A stretch of DNA of 64,000 nt from Camelus ferus (lineage: Eukaryota): assembly GCF_009834535.1 (NCBI RefSeq), contig NC_045696.1, positions 4,962,001 through 5,026,000 of the forward strand. Reading direction: 5' to 3'. The position numbers and the translations under genes are program-made. Below, piece after piece: positions 26,581-41,539 of the stretch (position 1 is its first letter; every line of letters begins with the position of its first letter). The notes under the pieces are model-generated. The model was not told the DNA's origin. It worked only from the letters and a program-made list of their open reading frames with translations, and made no database searches.

Positions 26581-29500
26581 AAGTTTTTTTTTAATGTCCT
26601 AGATTTCTCACATGAATTTTTGTTTGTGTGTTTCCTCTAGATAAATGTTAGGCAAATTTTATCAAACTGAAAGATAATATTCTGGAAAGCTCAGCAGATG
26701 GTAATAAACTTAAAGGTTGCCATGGAGAACAGCAGCATCACTCACCTGTTGAGCCTCCCAGACAGTATCATGGAGAGTCCATTTACTCAGATGTTTTTTA
26801 TGTCCACTGTAATTCTATTGCTTTTTTACTTTGGTCTGTGGTAGTGAGTATTTGTAAGCTTCTGCCTACAGTTTTCGTTGATCCTCTTTGGTTTTCTGTG
26901 TGGAAAGGTGTTACATCCACAGCCAGTGTTTATTGACTCTGCAGCTGTCTGTGTCTCTTTCTTTTACGGGCAAAGGTGAAGTTGTTCTTAATTTGCGGAG
27001 TCCTTTTTTTCTTCCACTCTTCTAACACATACAGAGGGCTGCAGTGGGATGGGACTCCCCCTTTCCTGCCTGTTTCTCTCACCCCTCTCCCTGTGCCCTT
27101 CCTGCTCTTAGCTGTAGCACACCTGTGACATTAGTGGTGAAAATAAACCCAACTTCGAAGTCAAACATGACTCCGCAGGTACCACAAAGCAGCTCTGCTT
27201 GTCTCGTCGCCAAGTGGGAACAGTGGGTCTCACTGAGCAACAATGAGCTCTTGGAAAAGGACGGTGAGCAGAACAGAGACGATAGGTGTTCAACATATTG
27301 TTTTATTTTCTTCCTGTGATGATAGAATAAAACTCACTGGGGATAGAAAACTTCAGCCATTCTCTCTGCCAAAATAAGTGGAGTCTTTGTGGCTCTGGGA
27401 GCTACTCTGAGACCATCTTAGACCGACCCCTACTCCCACCCAAGGAAGCTGCAGTTACCCGAGCCTTGGTAGAGTCACCAGGATGCTGGGCCCCAGGGTC
27501 CATCTTGCCTTCCCTTCCCTTCTTTTTTCTCCACTCCTCTGTCTTTCTCCTTTCTCGTCTTTCCCCAGGAACTTTCTAGCAGTCCTCTGTGGTTAGAGAC
27601 AGCCCCACCGAGGACAGATGTTTGGGGAGCTCTTGCTTCAGGTGGCTGAGGACTCGGTATGGTAGACATAGCTGCAGGGGTGCCTCACTGCCCACAGTCC
27701 CAGTGCAAAGCCCAGGTGGCACCAGCCAAGTCCAGCCGCTTAAGCTGCCTCCAGCATCACTTGTCCCATCAGTAAGTGCTGATTTGTGTCAGTTCATGGT
27801 TCTACTTTCTGATAAGTGAACGAGGAACAAATATTCCATCCTGATGATAAATAAGGATCCTTACAGGTTAGGTACAGAGTTGAAGTCATGAAACTGATGT
27901 GATAAACTAGTGGACCACCAAGTTCTAACAACCTCTGGGCAGGCCCTAATCTAGGCCACCTGAATTCATTTGTTTTCATTGGATAGGATTCTTCGGGACA
28001 GACAGGAAGAAATTAAAGAAAGAAAGAATTACACAGTGAACACAATAACATACAGATGTACAAAAGAAATAACCTTGACGCTGTCCCAGTTAGGGTGTGG
28101 TGTTTTATTAAGAAGAAATTGAGTACGGGGAATTAGATGCGTGCAAATTTGTAGACAGATGGGAGGAATCCAGCTACCTTTAAGGAATTTGAGAAATGTG
28201 GGAACCACAAGAAGCCCCTCCCATCTGTGGCTACAGCCGCCCAGAGAACTAAAGCAGTGGTTTGTTCTCCGGGACTTGGATGTTTGGCATCTTGCCCACA
28301 CGTCAACTCACTGCTTCTAAAGGAGAAGGTGATTTCTCCTTCCTGGCATCTTCCAAATCATATTCAAGTGCCTCTTACTGAAGAAATACAAACCAGAACC
28401 TGGGACGCAATCAGCTGGGGAAATGTTTTCCTCAGGCTTCCCGTCGCTGTAAATTAGAGAAGAGTTTAGAAGGACAGCAGTAGTGCTAAGGATCGGCAGA
28501 CAATGTCTGATGCGAAGATGCAGATATACAAAACATGACAGGCGCATTTTGTACCACGTGGAAGCTTCTTTCTTTGGTCTTGGGAATAGCCCCCCAGCCT
28601 GGAACTGGACCCGTGCTTCAGTACTGTGCCTCTGTCCACTTCAGGGTTCTTCTCTGGAACAGGACCCCCAGAACCCAGCCATCTATCACAGATCAAGATT
28701 CCGTTCCCAGCTGCTATGCCTGAAAGAGGTGCGTCTGCTGTTGCTATGGGCACCTGCTCTCTCCTTGTCCCACCCCACCTCTGTCTTTGTACCTACTCAC
28801 TCCCTTCAACCCGCCAGCTGTTCTCAGAGAAGGAGCGCCCTCTCCCTGAACAAGGAAACAAACTCATTCCTCAGGACAACGGCACCCTCTCCATAAGGAC
28901 GAAAGGGACTGTGATTTGATTCCTTGGTGAGGAGAAGGAGTCGCTTCCAGCCTTAGCATTTGTGTGCAACCCCAGGAGCATAAAAGTGATCTCCTCTCTC
29001 CTATTATATTCTACTCCAAATCGATCTTCGTCCACCCTGCTGGGGGACTCTGCATGTGCTCGTGGACCACCTTCTTCTGGTCCCAGCATGTGGGCATGGA
29101 CACTCACTTACCTTCATGCAGCCTTGCTTCCTTTCGTGTGAACGATCTGTATACTCTGTAAATGGAGTCTTCTTCCCGTTTCATATGTGATAAAATTAAC
29201 AATACCGTGAGAATCGGCCCCTTGCTCAAGGGCACATTTCATAAGTTTCAGAGACAGCATTAGGACCCAGCTCTTCTGGCTCTTAGTCAAGTGTTCTCAC
29301 TGCAGACCAGCCAAGACTTCAGAGTGTAAGAAAAGATGGACCAATGACTGTATTTGCGGCTCCTTCAAAGCAGGCTCACTTGGTGACAGGAAGCAATCCT
29401 TTTTCTGCTCTTCCCACCCACTAAGTCCTTGAGAACACTGCTGGGCGTATTTTTCCAATAAATAAGAAAGGTCCCACTGTATTAACACGCCCAGTAAGTC

Positions 29501-31342
29501 AGTGTGTGCCTCACCTAATGCCTGAATGTTTCTTTTTCATGAAATGGAGCATTAAAATTGTCCCCACTTGACCCCAGCTATCCTCAGAAAACTGACAGCT
29601 TTTTAATTAATGACTTCTGGTTGCTATACATCTGTCTTCCAGCTAATTACCCAGAGTGCTTACCTTCTGCTAACAAGATTGTAAAGTTTTGAAATATAGC
29701 ATGCACTGTGTTAAATATCGCTCGGTACAATAATGATGAATCTAAAATAGATGACCAAGAATTCTGTCAAACCATGGTCAGGTCCACTTCCCTCAAATTA
29801 ACCAGTACTGACCTTGGGACTGTTGTCCTTAGGGTGGATGAACTGGTTCACCGTTGTTCTGTTAGCAAGAGTGATTGCATTTATAAATCATGGAACCCTT
29901 CAAGTTAGGTTCATTTTCAGATTAAAAAAAAATTTAATTGTTTTCAATTGCATTTGTGCTTTATCTGTCTCCATGAGGACCTTTTAGTAATGCAGAGGCT
30001 TCCCTTGGTCCAGATAGGAATTATTAGATAATCCTTTTCAGCTATTTAATTCAGAAAGCTTAGCAAGGTAGCTAAATTTTATATTGTAATTCTTTAGTAT
30101 GAATATGTCAACTATTATAAGTATTTTTCTGGTGAAAATTCTTTGAGGAAAAGGAAACATTTATGGTTTTGACATGTATAATCCTATAACTTTCTCACAT
30201 TCTATCAGTATTTCATTAGATTTTCAGGATTGTAACACGGTTTTACATAATTAGTAACTCTCATAGTGTTTTCAGATGTTCTGGTTTGCTGTACTGTAGA
30301 TGTATTTTTTAATTCTACATTTGGCTGAATTTTCAGGTTGTGTGTACTAAACTAGATCTCGCTTCAAATTTGCAGTAACTTGAAGAAACCATCAACAGCC
30401 TTTATAGATTCTCAAATGACCAAATTTAAGCACTTAAATAAAAATTAAAGATTTTTTCTTTGATTTTTAAGTTCCAATAATATTCTTTATCCTTACCCTA
30501 AAGAACATATTATCCATAAGAAGGCATTTTATAATTTGTGAAATCAAATCCTTAAAAGATACAATAAATTTTATAGGAGAAAAACATACGATCATCTCAA
30601 TAGATGATAAAAAGGTATTAATAATATTCAAGATCCAATCTTAATTAAAACAACAAGTACAAAAATTAAGTTTTGTTAAATAGGAATATAGGAGCACTTT
30701 TTAGAACCCAAAGTGCTTTGACAAATGAAAGAAAAAAAGACGAAAAGATACATGAGCAAAGAAGATAGAGTGTTCACCAAAGAGCAAGTACAAACTACTG
30801 ATACATTCATGACAAGATGCTTAAACTTATCTATAAGCAAACGCAACCCCAAGATTAGTAAAATCATGTAAACTGATGAGATATATGCTGTATTGATGAA
30901 GATCAAGAAGATTAATAGTATATATGTGTGAGGAAAATAATTAACCTTAGCCAGCACCAGTGGAAATAAAATTGCTCCTACTTTTTACTAAGCAACTTAG
31001 CAGTATATTTTAACACTTAAAGGTACAAAATTCCACTTCAAGGATTAACCCAAGAGAATGGCTACCATTGTATCTTTCTCTCTATTGATGTTGATTGATA
31101 AGTGGAGAGGTTCATTTCAACATGATCCTTAGTCTTGTGGAGTGGGAAAGACATAAAGTCAACTACTCATAAAATGATTAAATAATTAGAAGCAGAAATT
31201 AGAAAAAACAAACAACAATCATGTGGGATTTCTATATGCCATACCCTAGTTTAAATATAAATGCATACACCACCCTATGAAGGAGATTCTGTTACCTCCA
31301 TTTTACAGGTGGAAGTAAAGGAAATAAAGGTTACCTAATTAC

Positions 31343-31615
31343 CTAGTTTCTCACAATGTAATTGCTGTGTAACAAATTACCAGTCAGATTGTTGGCCAGG
31401 GATACAGTCATATCAAGGCTCAACTGGGGAAGATCTTCCAACCCACTCATGTGGTTGCTGGCAGAACTCAGTTTCTCACAGATGGTAGGTTGAGGGAGTC
31501 CCTATTGGAAGCCTCTCCATTAGGGCACTCACAATATGGCAGCTCACATTTCTGCAGAGTGAGTTCTGACCTCAGAGAGAGAGATTTAGAAAGAGGCCAC
31601 AAACTTTTGTAACCA
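31343..31615 (-). mobile_element. MLT1 (MaLR) LTR fragment
   Basis: ttgctgtgtaacaaattacc...aaggctcaactggggaagatcttcca...atgtggttgctggcag. Confidence 0.65.
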
Positions 31616-32354
31616 TAGCTACTTGCCCAAGATCCACCACAGAGTAGGTGCTTAATAATTGGACAATAAAAACCATTTGGTAAAGACAAACCACAATTTT
31701 ATATGGGCTTATAAAAGATTAGGAATGCTTTAATCCCCCAGGATAATGGAATCTTGAGGAGAAAAGAGGGCAGCTACTTGTTTCACTGTTTAAATTTTTG
31801 AGAAAAAAATTCAGTTTCCTAATCTGAAATTCTCATGTTTTAAAACCCCAATAGGTAAACTAGTAGATAGCTTTCATTATTTTCCAAAATCAGTCACACA
31901 TTTACTGATATGTTCATTATTCATCAAATACTTGTTTAAATCTTCTGTGAATTTTCATATGAATTAAGTTTTAAATGATCTGTATTATAATGTTTCTCTT
32001 GTAATTTCACATTTTATACATTTTGACAACTTTTTAACTTTTCCCAAGGAATGAACAGATACAGGGATAAGAATGATTTTGTTCGTTTTGTCTCACTTTA
32101 TAAAATATTCAGTAGCTGATACTGAGGAAAGCAACGTATTGAAATTATTTTAAAATATTATTATATTTTAAAGACTTTTTCATCCATGATTTTGAATTCT
32201 TTACAAATAAGGTGAATTAAATTTTTTTCTACTTAGAATGGTGTTGTATTTCATACATTAGGTAGGAGATAAAGAACTAATCCAAATATGTGAGTATCGT
32301 TAGTATATCCCCACTTCCAACTTTACAATTATATTACATCTATGCTTTTCACAT

Positions 32355-32577
32355 ACCATTGTATCAGATGTCAGCCAACAAGTCAAATTCTGCCCAAAAC
32401 CTGCTTTTGTAAATAAATGTTATTGGACCACAATCATGCTGATTTTGTTTATGTATTTTCTCTAGCTACTTTCATGCTTCAGTGGCAGAAATAAGTACTT
32501 GTGACAAACCATATGGCGTGCAAACCATAAAATACCTATTACTTGGCCTTTATAGAAAAAAATTTTCAATCACTGTC
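32355..32577. mobile_element. MER58A-like hAT-Charlie element
   Basis: cttttgtaaataaatgttattggaccaca...tggcctttatagaaaaaaattttcaatcactg. Confidence 0.7.
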
Positions 32578-32589
32578 TGAAAATATTGA

Positions 32590-35140
32590 GAACTTTTTCC
32601 ATGAACATGGTATAGTGCTCCATAAACATGTATTTAGGTCTTCCGTAATTATCAGTAACTTTTATAGTTTTCAGTAGGCCAGACTTGTTAAATTTGTCTC
32701 TAAATATTTAATGTTTTAATGCAAATTTATTTTTTATTTCAATTTCCAATTGCTTGTTACTAATATATAAAATAAAATTATTTTTGAATTTTGTATTTTG
32801 ATGTATCCTGTGATTTTACTAAAAGCACTTACAGCAACATTTTTGTAGACTCTTTGATTATCCAAGTAAATATATCATCTGTGAATGAAGACAGTTATAG
32901 TCTTCTTTTCTAAATCATATGTATTTTATTTCATTTTCTTTTTTTATTGCTCTTGCTAGATTCTTTAGAACAATGTTGAATAAACAGAGCAAGACCAGAC
33001 ATCCTTATCTCTTTCTTGATCTCTGATGGAAAATAATTTCTTTTTTTTTTACAATTAAGTATAATGTTAGCTGTGAGTCTTTTGAAACCTTTTGCCAAGT
33101 TATTCCATTCTGTGACTAGTTTACTATGAGATTTTATCAGGATGTTTCATTCTATAAAATATTTTTTCTTTTTTCTTTTTATCTATTCAAGTAATTATAT
33201 TGTGCTTCTTTTTCTCTTTGTTGATATGATGAATTTCACTGACTAATTTTTGAATTTAAACCAACCTTGCATTCACAGAGTAATTCTCTCTTGATGATGA
33301 CATATTATTGCTGATAAATCCTAATGTTTGGTTAAGGATCTCTACGTCTGTGTTCATTAGGGATATTGGTCTAGAGTTTTAAGGTCTTTGATTTTGGTAT
33401 CAAAATGATACTGGCCTCATAAAATCAGTGGTAAAGTATTCCCTCGTCTTGTATTTTTTGAAAGACTTTGTGTAAAATTGATAATGTTTTTCTTTAAGTG
33501 TTAGATAGTATTCACTAATGAAGCTGTCTGGGCTCTGAATGTTATTTGTGGATGGTTATTGACTAAAAATAAAATTTATTTATAGATAGAGGATTATTAA
33601 GGTTATCTAATTTTTCTTGAGTGATCTTTGAGAATTTGTATCTTTCCAGAAATTTATCTATTTAATGTAAGTTTTCAAATTTATTGGCACAAAGTTATTC
33701 CTAATATTTTTTTCTATTATCCTTTTAATTCAAGTAGTGTCTACAGTGATGGCCTCTTTCATTATAGTTATTTGTAACTTGTGCCTTCTTTTTTCTTGAT
33801 CAGTCCAACTAGAGGCTTATCTACTTTTTTCCCCAAAGAACTGGCTTTTGGTTTTATTTATTTTCTCTATAGTTTTTCTGTTTTTTATTTCATTGATTTT
33901 AGTTTTCCTCATTATTTTCTTCCTTACCCCTTCTTTGGGTTTTATTTGCTCTTCTTATAGTAGCCTCTTAAGGTGAATGCTTTAATCATTGATTTGTGAT
34001 TTTTTCCTTTTCCAATACAAATATTTAATGCTACAAACTTTCATCTACGTGTTGCTTTTAACTGCATCCCACACATTCTGATATGTTGTTTTCACATTCT
34101 TATTCAACTCTAAATATATATATTTCTACTTATTCATGATTTATTCTTGGACTCATGAGTTATTTAGATGTATATTATTTAATGTTCAAATATTTGAGGT
34201 TTTCCCGGGTATAGTTCTGCTATTGATTGCAATTTCAGTTTTTCTCTGGACTTAGAATATAATTTGTATTATTTTATCTTACAGCATGTTGTATTATGGC
34301 CCACAGTCTTGTCTCTTTGGATAGCAGTTCCACGTGTACTCCCAGCCAGTATGCATTCTGCTAATGCAGGGTGCAGAGCTCTGTAAATGTCAGTGAAGTC
34401 AAATTGATTGATGGTGGTATTAGAGACTTCCATATTTCACATATTATTTCTTCGACTCCTATCTTTTTTGCTTCTCTTTTTAGGCTGTAATTGCTCAATG
34501 TTAGAACATTTGATATTGTGCTAGAGCTCTAGGATAATCTATTCTTTATTTTTCACTCTTTTGCACTTTTTGTTTTAATCTGGATAATTTCTATTGACTT
34601 AGCTTCAAGTTATGTTCTCTGCCATGTCCAATCTACTGATTAGCTTAAGGAATTCTTTAGACTTAATATTGTGTTTGTTATTTTTGACATTTTATTTATC
34701 TGTCTCTTTCATGTATTTTTTAATATTCTTTCTGAATCCCCCACCTATATATGGGTATTAATCACAGTCATTGTAAAGTCCCTGTCTGATAGTTCCATAC
34801 CAAGTTTTCAAAACTATTGATGATTTCTTCTCTGATTCTTTTTTTCTGACTTTTTGTGTGTGTGTCATATTTTATTGAATTTTGGCCATGGTGCGTAAAG
34901 AGTAGAAACTGAAGTAGGTTATGCTTTTTTCCAGTTCTTTACTTCTTACCTGCTTTCATGCCCAGGACCTTGTGCTTTCACCATGTGCCAAAGATAAAAT
35001 TCTTTACCTGTGCCTTATCTCCTTGCAGGGTTTTTCATGCTTTGCAATGAGGTCTACCTAGTAGTTTGCCTGTGACTCCAACTTTCTGATTCATTCAAAG
35101 GAAAGTATGATTTTGTAGATTAACAGTTTTTTTGTTATTA
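32590..35140 (-). mobile_element. Old L1 fragments (ORF2 RT/endonuclease, then probable ORF1/5' remnants)
   Basis: T-rich strand with antisense ORF2 phrases: ttccatgaacatggtata, aaccaaccttgcatt, tactggcctcataaaat, gcatcccacacattctgatatgttg. Confidence 0.8.
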
Positions 35141-35160
35141 GAATGGAAGTGTTATTCTTT

Positions 35161-36820
35161 TTTTAAAACATTTTTATTGAGTTATAGTCATTTTACCATG
35201 TTGTGTCAAATTCCAGTGTAGAGCACAATTTTTCAGTTATACATGAACATACATATATTCATAGTCACATTTTTTTTTTCACTGTGAGCTACCACAAGAT
35301 CTTGTATATATTTCCCTGTGCTATACAGTATAATCTTGTTTCTCTATTCTACATATGCCTGTCAGTATCTACAAATTTTGAAATCCCAGTCTGTCCCTTC
35401 CCACCCCCTGCCCGCTTGACAACCACAAATTTGTATTCTGTCTATGAGTCTGTTTCTGTTTTGTATTTATGTTTTTTTTTTAATTCCACATATGAGCGAT
35501 CTCATATCATATTTTTCTTTCTCTTTCTGGCTTACTTCACTTAGAATGACATTCTCCAGGGACATCCATGTTGCTGTAAATGGCGTTATGTTGTCGGTTT
35601 TTATGGCTGAGTAGTATTCCATTGTATAAATATACCATCTTCTTTATCCAGTCATCTGTTGATGGACATTTAGGCTGTTTCCATGTCTTGGCTATTGTAC
35701 ATAGTGCTTCTACGAACATTGGGGTGCAGGTGTCTTTTTGAAGTATGGTTTCTTCTGGATATATGCCCAGGAGCGGGATTCCTGGGTCACATGGTAAGTC
35801 TAGTCCTAGTCTTTTGAGGAATCTCCATCCTGTTTTCCATAGTGGCTGCACCAAACTGCATTCCCACCAGCAGTGTAGGAGAGTTCCCTTTTCTCCACAG
35901 CCTCTCCAGCATTTGTCATTTGTGGACTTTTGAATGATGGCCATTCTGGCTGGTGTGAGGTGATACCTCATTGTAGTTTTGATTTGCATTTCTCTGATAA
36001 TTAGTGATATTGAGCATTTTTTCATGTGCCTATTGATCATTTGTATTTCTTCCTTGGAGAATTGCTTGTTTAGGTCTTCTGCCCATTTTTAGATTTGGTT
36101 GTTTGTGTCTTTCTTATTAAGCCATATGAGCTGCTTGTATATTCTGGAGATCAAGCCTTTATTGGCTTCATTGTTTGCAAAAACTTTCTCCCATTTTGTA
36201 GGTTGTCGTTTTGTTTTACTTATGGTTTCCTTTGCTGTGCAGAAGCTTGTAAGTTTCCTTAGGTCCCATTTGGTTATTCTTGCTTTTATTTCTATTGCTT
36301 GGATAGACTGCCCTAGGAGAACATTTTTGAGATGTATGTCAGATAATGTTTTGCCTATATTTTCTTCTAGGAGGTTTATTGTATCTTGCCAGGACATATT
36401 TCACAGAACTAGAACAAAGCATAATAAAATTTATATAGAACCACAAAAGACCTAGAGTTGCCAAAGCATTACTGAAGAAAAAGAAAGAGGCTGGAGGAAT
36501 AACTCTCCCAGACTTCAGACAATACTACAGAGCTACAGTCATCAAGACAGCATGGTATTGGTACAAAACAGACATATAGACCAATGGAACAGAACAGAGA
36601 GTCCAGAAATGAACCCACAAACTTTTGGTCAACTAATCTTCAACAAAAGAGGCAAGAATATACAATGGAATAAAGACAGTCTCTTCAGCAAATGGTGTTG
36701 GGAAAACTAGACAGCAGCATGTAAATCAGTGAAGCTAGAACACTCCCTTACACCACACACAAAAATAAGCTCAAAATGGATCAAAGACTTAAACATAAGA
36801 CAAGATACAATAAACCTCCT
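35161..36820 (-). mobile_element. Young L1 with 5' inversion (twin priming)
   Basis: Minus-strand ORF2 C-terminus ([18 protein letters not shown]) and 3'UTR at 35161-36388; inverted + strand ORF2 piece at 36389-36820; TSD tggaagtgttattctttt at 35144-35161 and 36820-36837. Confidence 0.93.
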
Positions 36821-36886
36821 GGAAGTGTTATTCTTTTGTGTCTTACTCCATCCTTAGTGGAAATGGAACCCTGTTATATATATATA

Positions 36887-36998
36887 TTTTTTTGTTTGTT
36901 TGTTTTTGTTTTGTTTTGTTTTAATTGAAGTGCAGTCAGTTACAATGTGTCAGTTTCTGGTGTGCAGCACGCTGTCCCAGTCATGGATACACATACAT
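36887..36998 (-). mobile_element. Short L1 3' tip with (TTTG)n-degenerate tail
   Basis: ttttaattgaagtgcagtcagttacaatgtgtcagtttctggtgtgcagc. Confidence 0.75.
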
Positions 36999-38251
36999 CC
37001 TCTCTAGTTGTTCTGTTTTGATAGAAACCACCTGTTGGAGGGATTCTGCTTGCCCTTCTTGTTCCCTGTGAAAGGTCCCCTTAGATACATTATTAATTTC
37101 CTTTGTCTCTTTAGGGGCCCAGATATCTGAAGTAGGAGTAAGGGAGGGAAGGCACGGCCAAGTCTCTGCCACTGTGAGCTGAGGGTTGCCAAGAGGTAAA
37201 TGGTCAGTTTGGTGTGGAGACAATGGAAGGAAGTGCATCCCCCTCTCGTTCCCCGGATGCAAAGCCTGACATTTCCTGCATAAACAGGTGACTGCCCACC
37301 TGTTCAGCTCCTGTGTAGGTTCTGGGGACACAGAGACTAGCAGCTCCTGTCTGGAACACACATTCGGTCCACACTTCGGGCTTTCCCCAGGAAGGTGGAA
37401 TTGGTCCTTACCCGTGAGTGTTACCCCCGAAATCTTCTGACTCAGGTCAGAGAAGAGAGAAGCTCTATCAGCCTTGCAAGGCCTGGACTGCATCCTCTTA
37501 GTCCCAGAAGAGGGACGGGCAACATAGCAGGTTAATCCAACTACCATCTTCCCCCAAATCTCCTGAGACCTTAATCCTGGGTTATTATTTCTAAGTTGAT
37601 TTTCCAGAATGGTTTCACATGGGTCTTTCATATCCTTCATTCATCACATCTATGATCATAGCATATCACATCTGCACAATTATCTCTTTGAACGCAAGCA
37701 CTCTGAAGAGAGTAGTGTTTTGGGTTTGTGCTGTCTTAGTGCAATGACCTGACTTATTTGTTTCAGTGACATTAAATGATGCCAGCAGTGCATCATATTT
37801 CTAGGCTGGAAGCGACACACGTAGGAGAGAAGTCTGCAGTGCTGGGATTCTCCTTGTTGTCTCAGATGTGTGCATCACAGGAGGTCTTCAGATGCCGTGT
37901 CCCTGAAGCACTCCTTGTTTGCATTCATGTTAAGTCCCTAGGAACACAAAAAATGTGTTTAGTCACACGAGAGATGTCAATTTCTGTAGTCATTCTACTG
38001 TGACTTCTGTGAGTAATTCAAGAACTACTTAACACTCATCAAATCTGGCTTTTTAGGTAGAAACTATCTGTAGGGTCTCTTACTCTTTATGTCAGAATTT
38101 GAAATACAGTCATTTTGAATAAATGTGTTTTTCCCTAGACAAGAATTTCAACGTTGGAGGAAAGAAAAAAAAAGCTTGGTGTATCTGGTGCCTGTTTTCT
38201 ATGATGCGTGTTCGGAATCCACCACTTCCTCTACTGGCTGAGGTGGCCTGA

Positions 38252-38626
<375 letters not shown>

Positions 38627-40384
38627 TAAAAGCAGAGTGGAGAGGACGGTAGAAGTCCAGCTGGTTGTCACAGCATGCCTGTCCCCTCGTGTCTGGGGCA
38701 GGGAGCCACGTGCTTCTCTCTTTGGGATTCCCCTGACTTGAGGGAGATGGGCACGGGCTCTGGGCCCCCCAGCCCACCAGCGGCTCTCTGCCTTTCGCAC
38801 CCACATTTCTCTCCTGTTGGTTGTATTATGGAAAGGCCTAGAACCCAGTCTCAGCTGTGTTCTTTTCAGATGTCTATTTTTTCATGCTTTCTGTCATTTG
38901 CAAGCTGGCTTGTCCATAGGTTTTCTTTTTAAGATCCTTATGAAATCAAGAAACTGGAAACTTCCTTATCAACACACACACGCGCACACACACACATCCC
39001 TACGATGAGCTAAAACATGTAGTGCTCTGCTCCGGGTCCATGTTGCTGACCCATTTTATAGGACGGGGCACCTTACAGTGGAATTATTTTTATACTTTGG
39101 TAACTGAACCACCAAAGAAAGGACACGAAGTGGACCAACTTTTACTGAGCGCTGCTTGCTAGCAAATGGGTGTGTCTAACTTACGGCAAAGGACTTACAT
39201 CTTTCTCCATTCATGTTCTTTTCTATTGGGTAAATGGTGGTTTGTTTCTGACTAAAGGCTTTGATCAGGCTTCGTCTTTTTATTTTAAATATGCTGTTGA
39301 TAGGTTGTCAAGGATCTCTGCCATGTCATTCATTAGGGGTATTGGATTCAAAAGTGAATTTCAGTGGGGTGTGTGAGAGAGAGAAAAAGATTTAAAGGCT
39401 AGCTACACAAAGACTTGTATCCATCCTATTTTACTAAGAATTTATTCTGGTTAATCCATTCTTTCTAACAGAACAATGAAAATATCAAGCCACCTATTTG
39501 CTATACTTCCGTATCTTAGAAAATTATAGTTCTGAAATAAGGTTGCCTTGAAATATATTGGGCACATATCCAATACATAGTTTTAACTTCTAAATTTTAT
39601 GCTCTAGAGGAACTGATCTGCAAGAATCTGAAGACAAATGATCATATTACTTAAATCCAAGGTTGAAATGGTAATTTTTTAAAATAATATATTGGTGAAA
39701 TATAAAGGAAACCCAAGATCTGAAGACCAGTATTGACCAGTGTTGATCCATATTTACCCAATGAAAGGAATATATTTTGCAATTGCTTTTATGTATTTTA
39801 AATTTATAGAACTTTTTTTATCCCACTCGAGTGTATCTGGGCTCTAATAGATACAGGACCCTGTGAAGGATGTAAGTACAGCAAACCATGGACCTTACCT
39901 TCGTGAGCGAAAGTGCTTACGTTTTGAGAAGGGAGAGAGCACGGCAGCCCGTTGAGCCTGCTGGTTGTGGTACAAGGTGCGGAGGGAGGTGCACGCTGAT
40001 GTGTCTCTCAAAGGAGGACAGCACTGTTGTTCTGAGGGGATTAAGAGAGGGCTAACAATCTTTAGAGATGGGTAGAATTTAAAAATGCAGAAACTGAAGG
40101 TTTTCTCCTCAGCTCCTCTCTCCATACCTTTGATGCTGGTAGTGGACGTAGGACTACAAAGTTATCCCCTGGCCCCGAGTGAGCTTTCTGTCTTGTGGGG
40201 CCGTCAGGCCTGGGTGTGGGTAACTCCTGTCCAGCTGAACCCACCACGGGACAGAGAGCAGGACTCTGGGAATGCACAGACGAGGGTGCGGTTTATACTT
40301 GCTTGTAGGATCAGTGATGACAGGATGAAACGTGGCATCTGAGTTTTCTTTAGAAAAATAGATCTGGGTTTTTTTAAACATTAG

Positions 40385-40722
40385 ATTCACTGAAGAATAA
40401 CTTACATAGAGTAAGATTCACTCTTTTAGGTGTACAATTCCATGAATTTTCATAAATATATGTAAGTGTATAACTACCACCAAAATTAGCATATTGAACA
40501 TTTTTCATCATCCCATAAAATTCCCTTATGCCTCTGAGGGCATCTCTTCTCCCCATTCATGACAACTATTGATACACTGCAGTTCTTTTAGTTTAGCCTT
40601 TCCAGGCTATTATATGAGTAGAATTGCTCATATGAACTGTCTTTTCACTTAGCATAATAAATGTATGTTGTATTGAGTAGCTCCTTTTACTGGTGAATAA
40701 TATTCTATTGTATGGATGTCCA
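40385..40722 (-). mobile_element. Old L1 3' end (L1MC/L1ME type)
   Basis: attcactcttttaggtgtacaattccatgaatttt...gaataatattctattgtatggatg. Confidence 0.65.
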
Positions 40723-41539
40723 GCATCTGAGTTCAGTCCTAAGGAACGCAGTGGATTCCAAACGATAAGATTGTTGAAGGTAAACAGAGGTACTGGAGGG
40801 AGAGGGAACAGAGAGAGCAGATGTAAGAAATCAGAGACCCAAGGCAAGAGGTAACTGTGTTTGAATGTTGTACCCAGTGCGTGGAGGGGGCTTAGAGAAA
40901 GAAACATTTACAGTGAGTGTTCATCACAGAAAAATGGTTCCTAGAGTTGGCCAGTCTTAGCTTCTCCCTCTTCAATCTCACAAACGACTAGTGGAGAGGA
41001 ACATTTATGTCACAGTTCATTTTACCAGTTCTTGATAACCCTCACGTGGCTTTATAAATTATTTCTTGTTTCAGGCATCCAGTATTTTTAACCCTTTAAA
41101 ATTGTAATATTTAAATTCTGAAAAGTGAAAAATAATAATAATTTAATAAAGAGACATAGGAGCATGAAGAGAAAAGATGTCCCGTGAACATATCTGTCCC
41201 TCGGGCGGTACCCTTGAAACAAAACAACACAGGGATGACTCCCGTTTGTTCCTTGTGTGTTTGCTTGACAGGATTATTATGTGCCTGAAAACTGATGCAT
41301 TAGGCTATGCACATGGCAATGGGAGATCTGCTGTTCTACTGAGAAAACGGGAAGCAGTGGGAACAGAGAGTGCTGGCTCCGATCTGACGGTGGGGAGGGC
41401 AGAGCTGGTTCCCTGCTGCCATGCACCCCTGTGGTGTAACAGGAGTCTTCCAGATACCGCAGCAAGGAAGGTTCTGGGCTGTCCTCCCCTGATGTTACTC
41501 AGGCTTGTATCAGGCACAGGGAATCAAAGCTGAGATGTT

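Noticed and set aside
35537..36397. Functional L1 ORF2 protein
   Set aside because: Only frameshifted C-terminal fragments of a truncated, inverted copy.
36981..37640. 219-aa minus-strand ORF
   Set aside because: No recognisable homology or motif; it ends inside an L1 fragment and is antisense within an intron, so likely chance.
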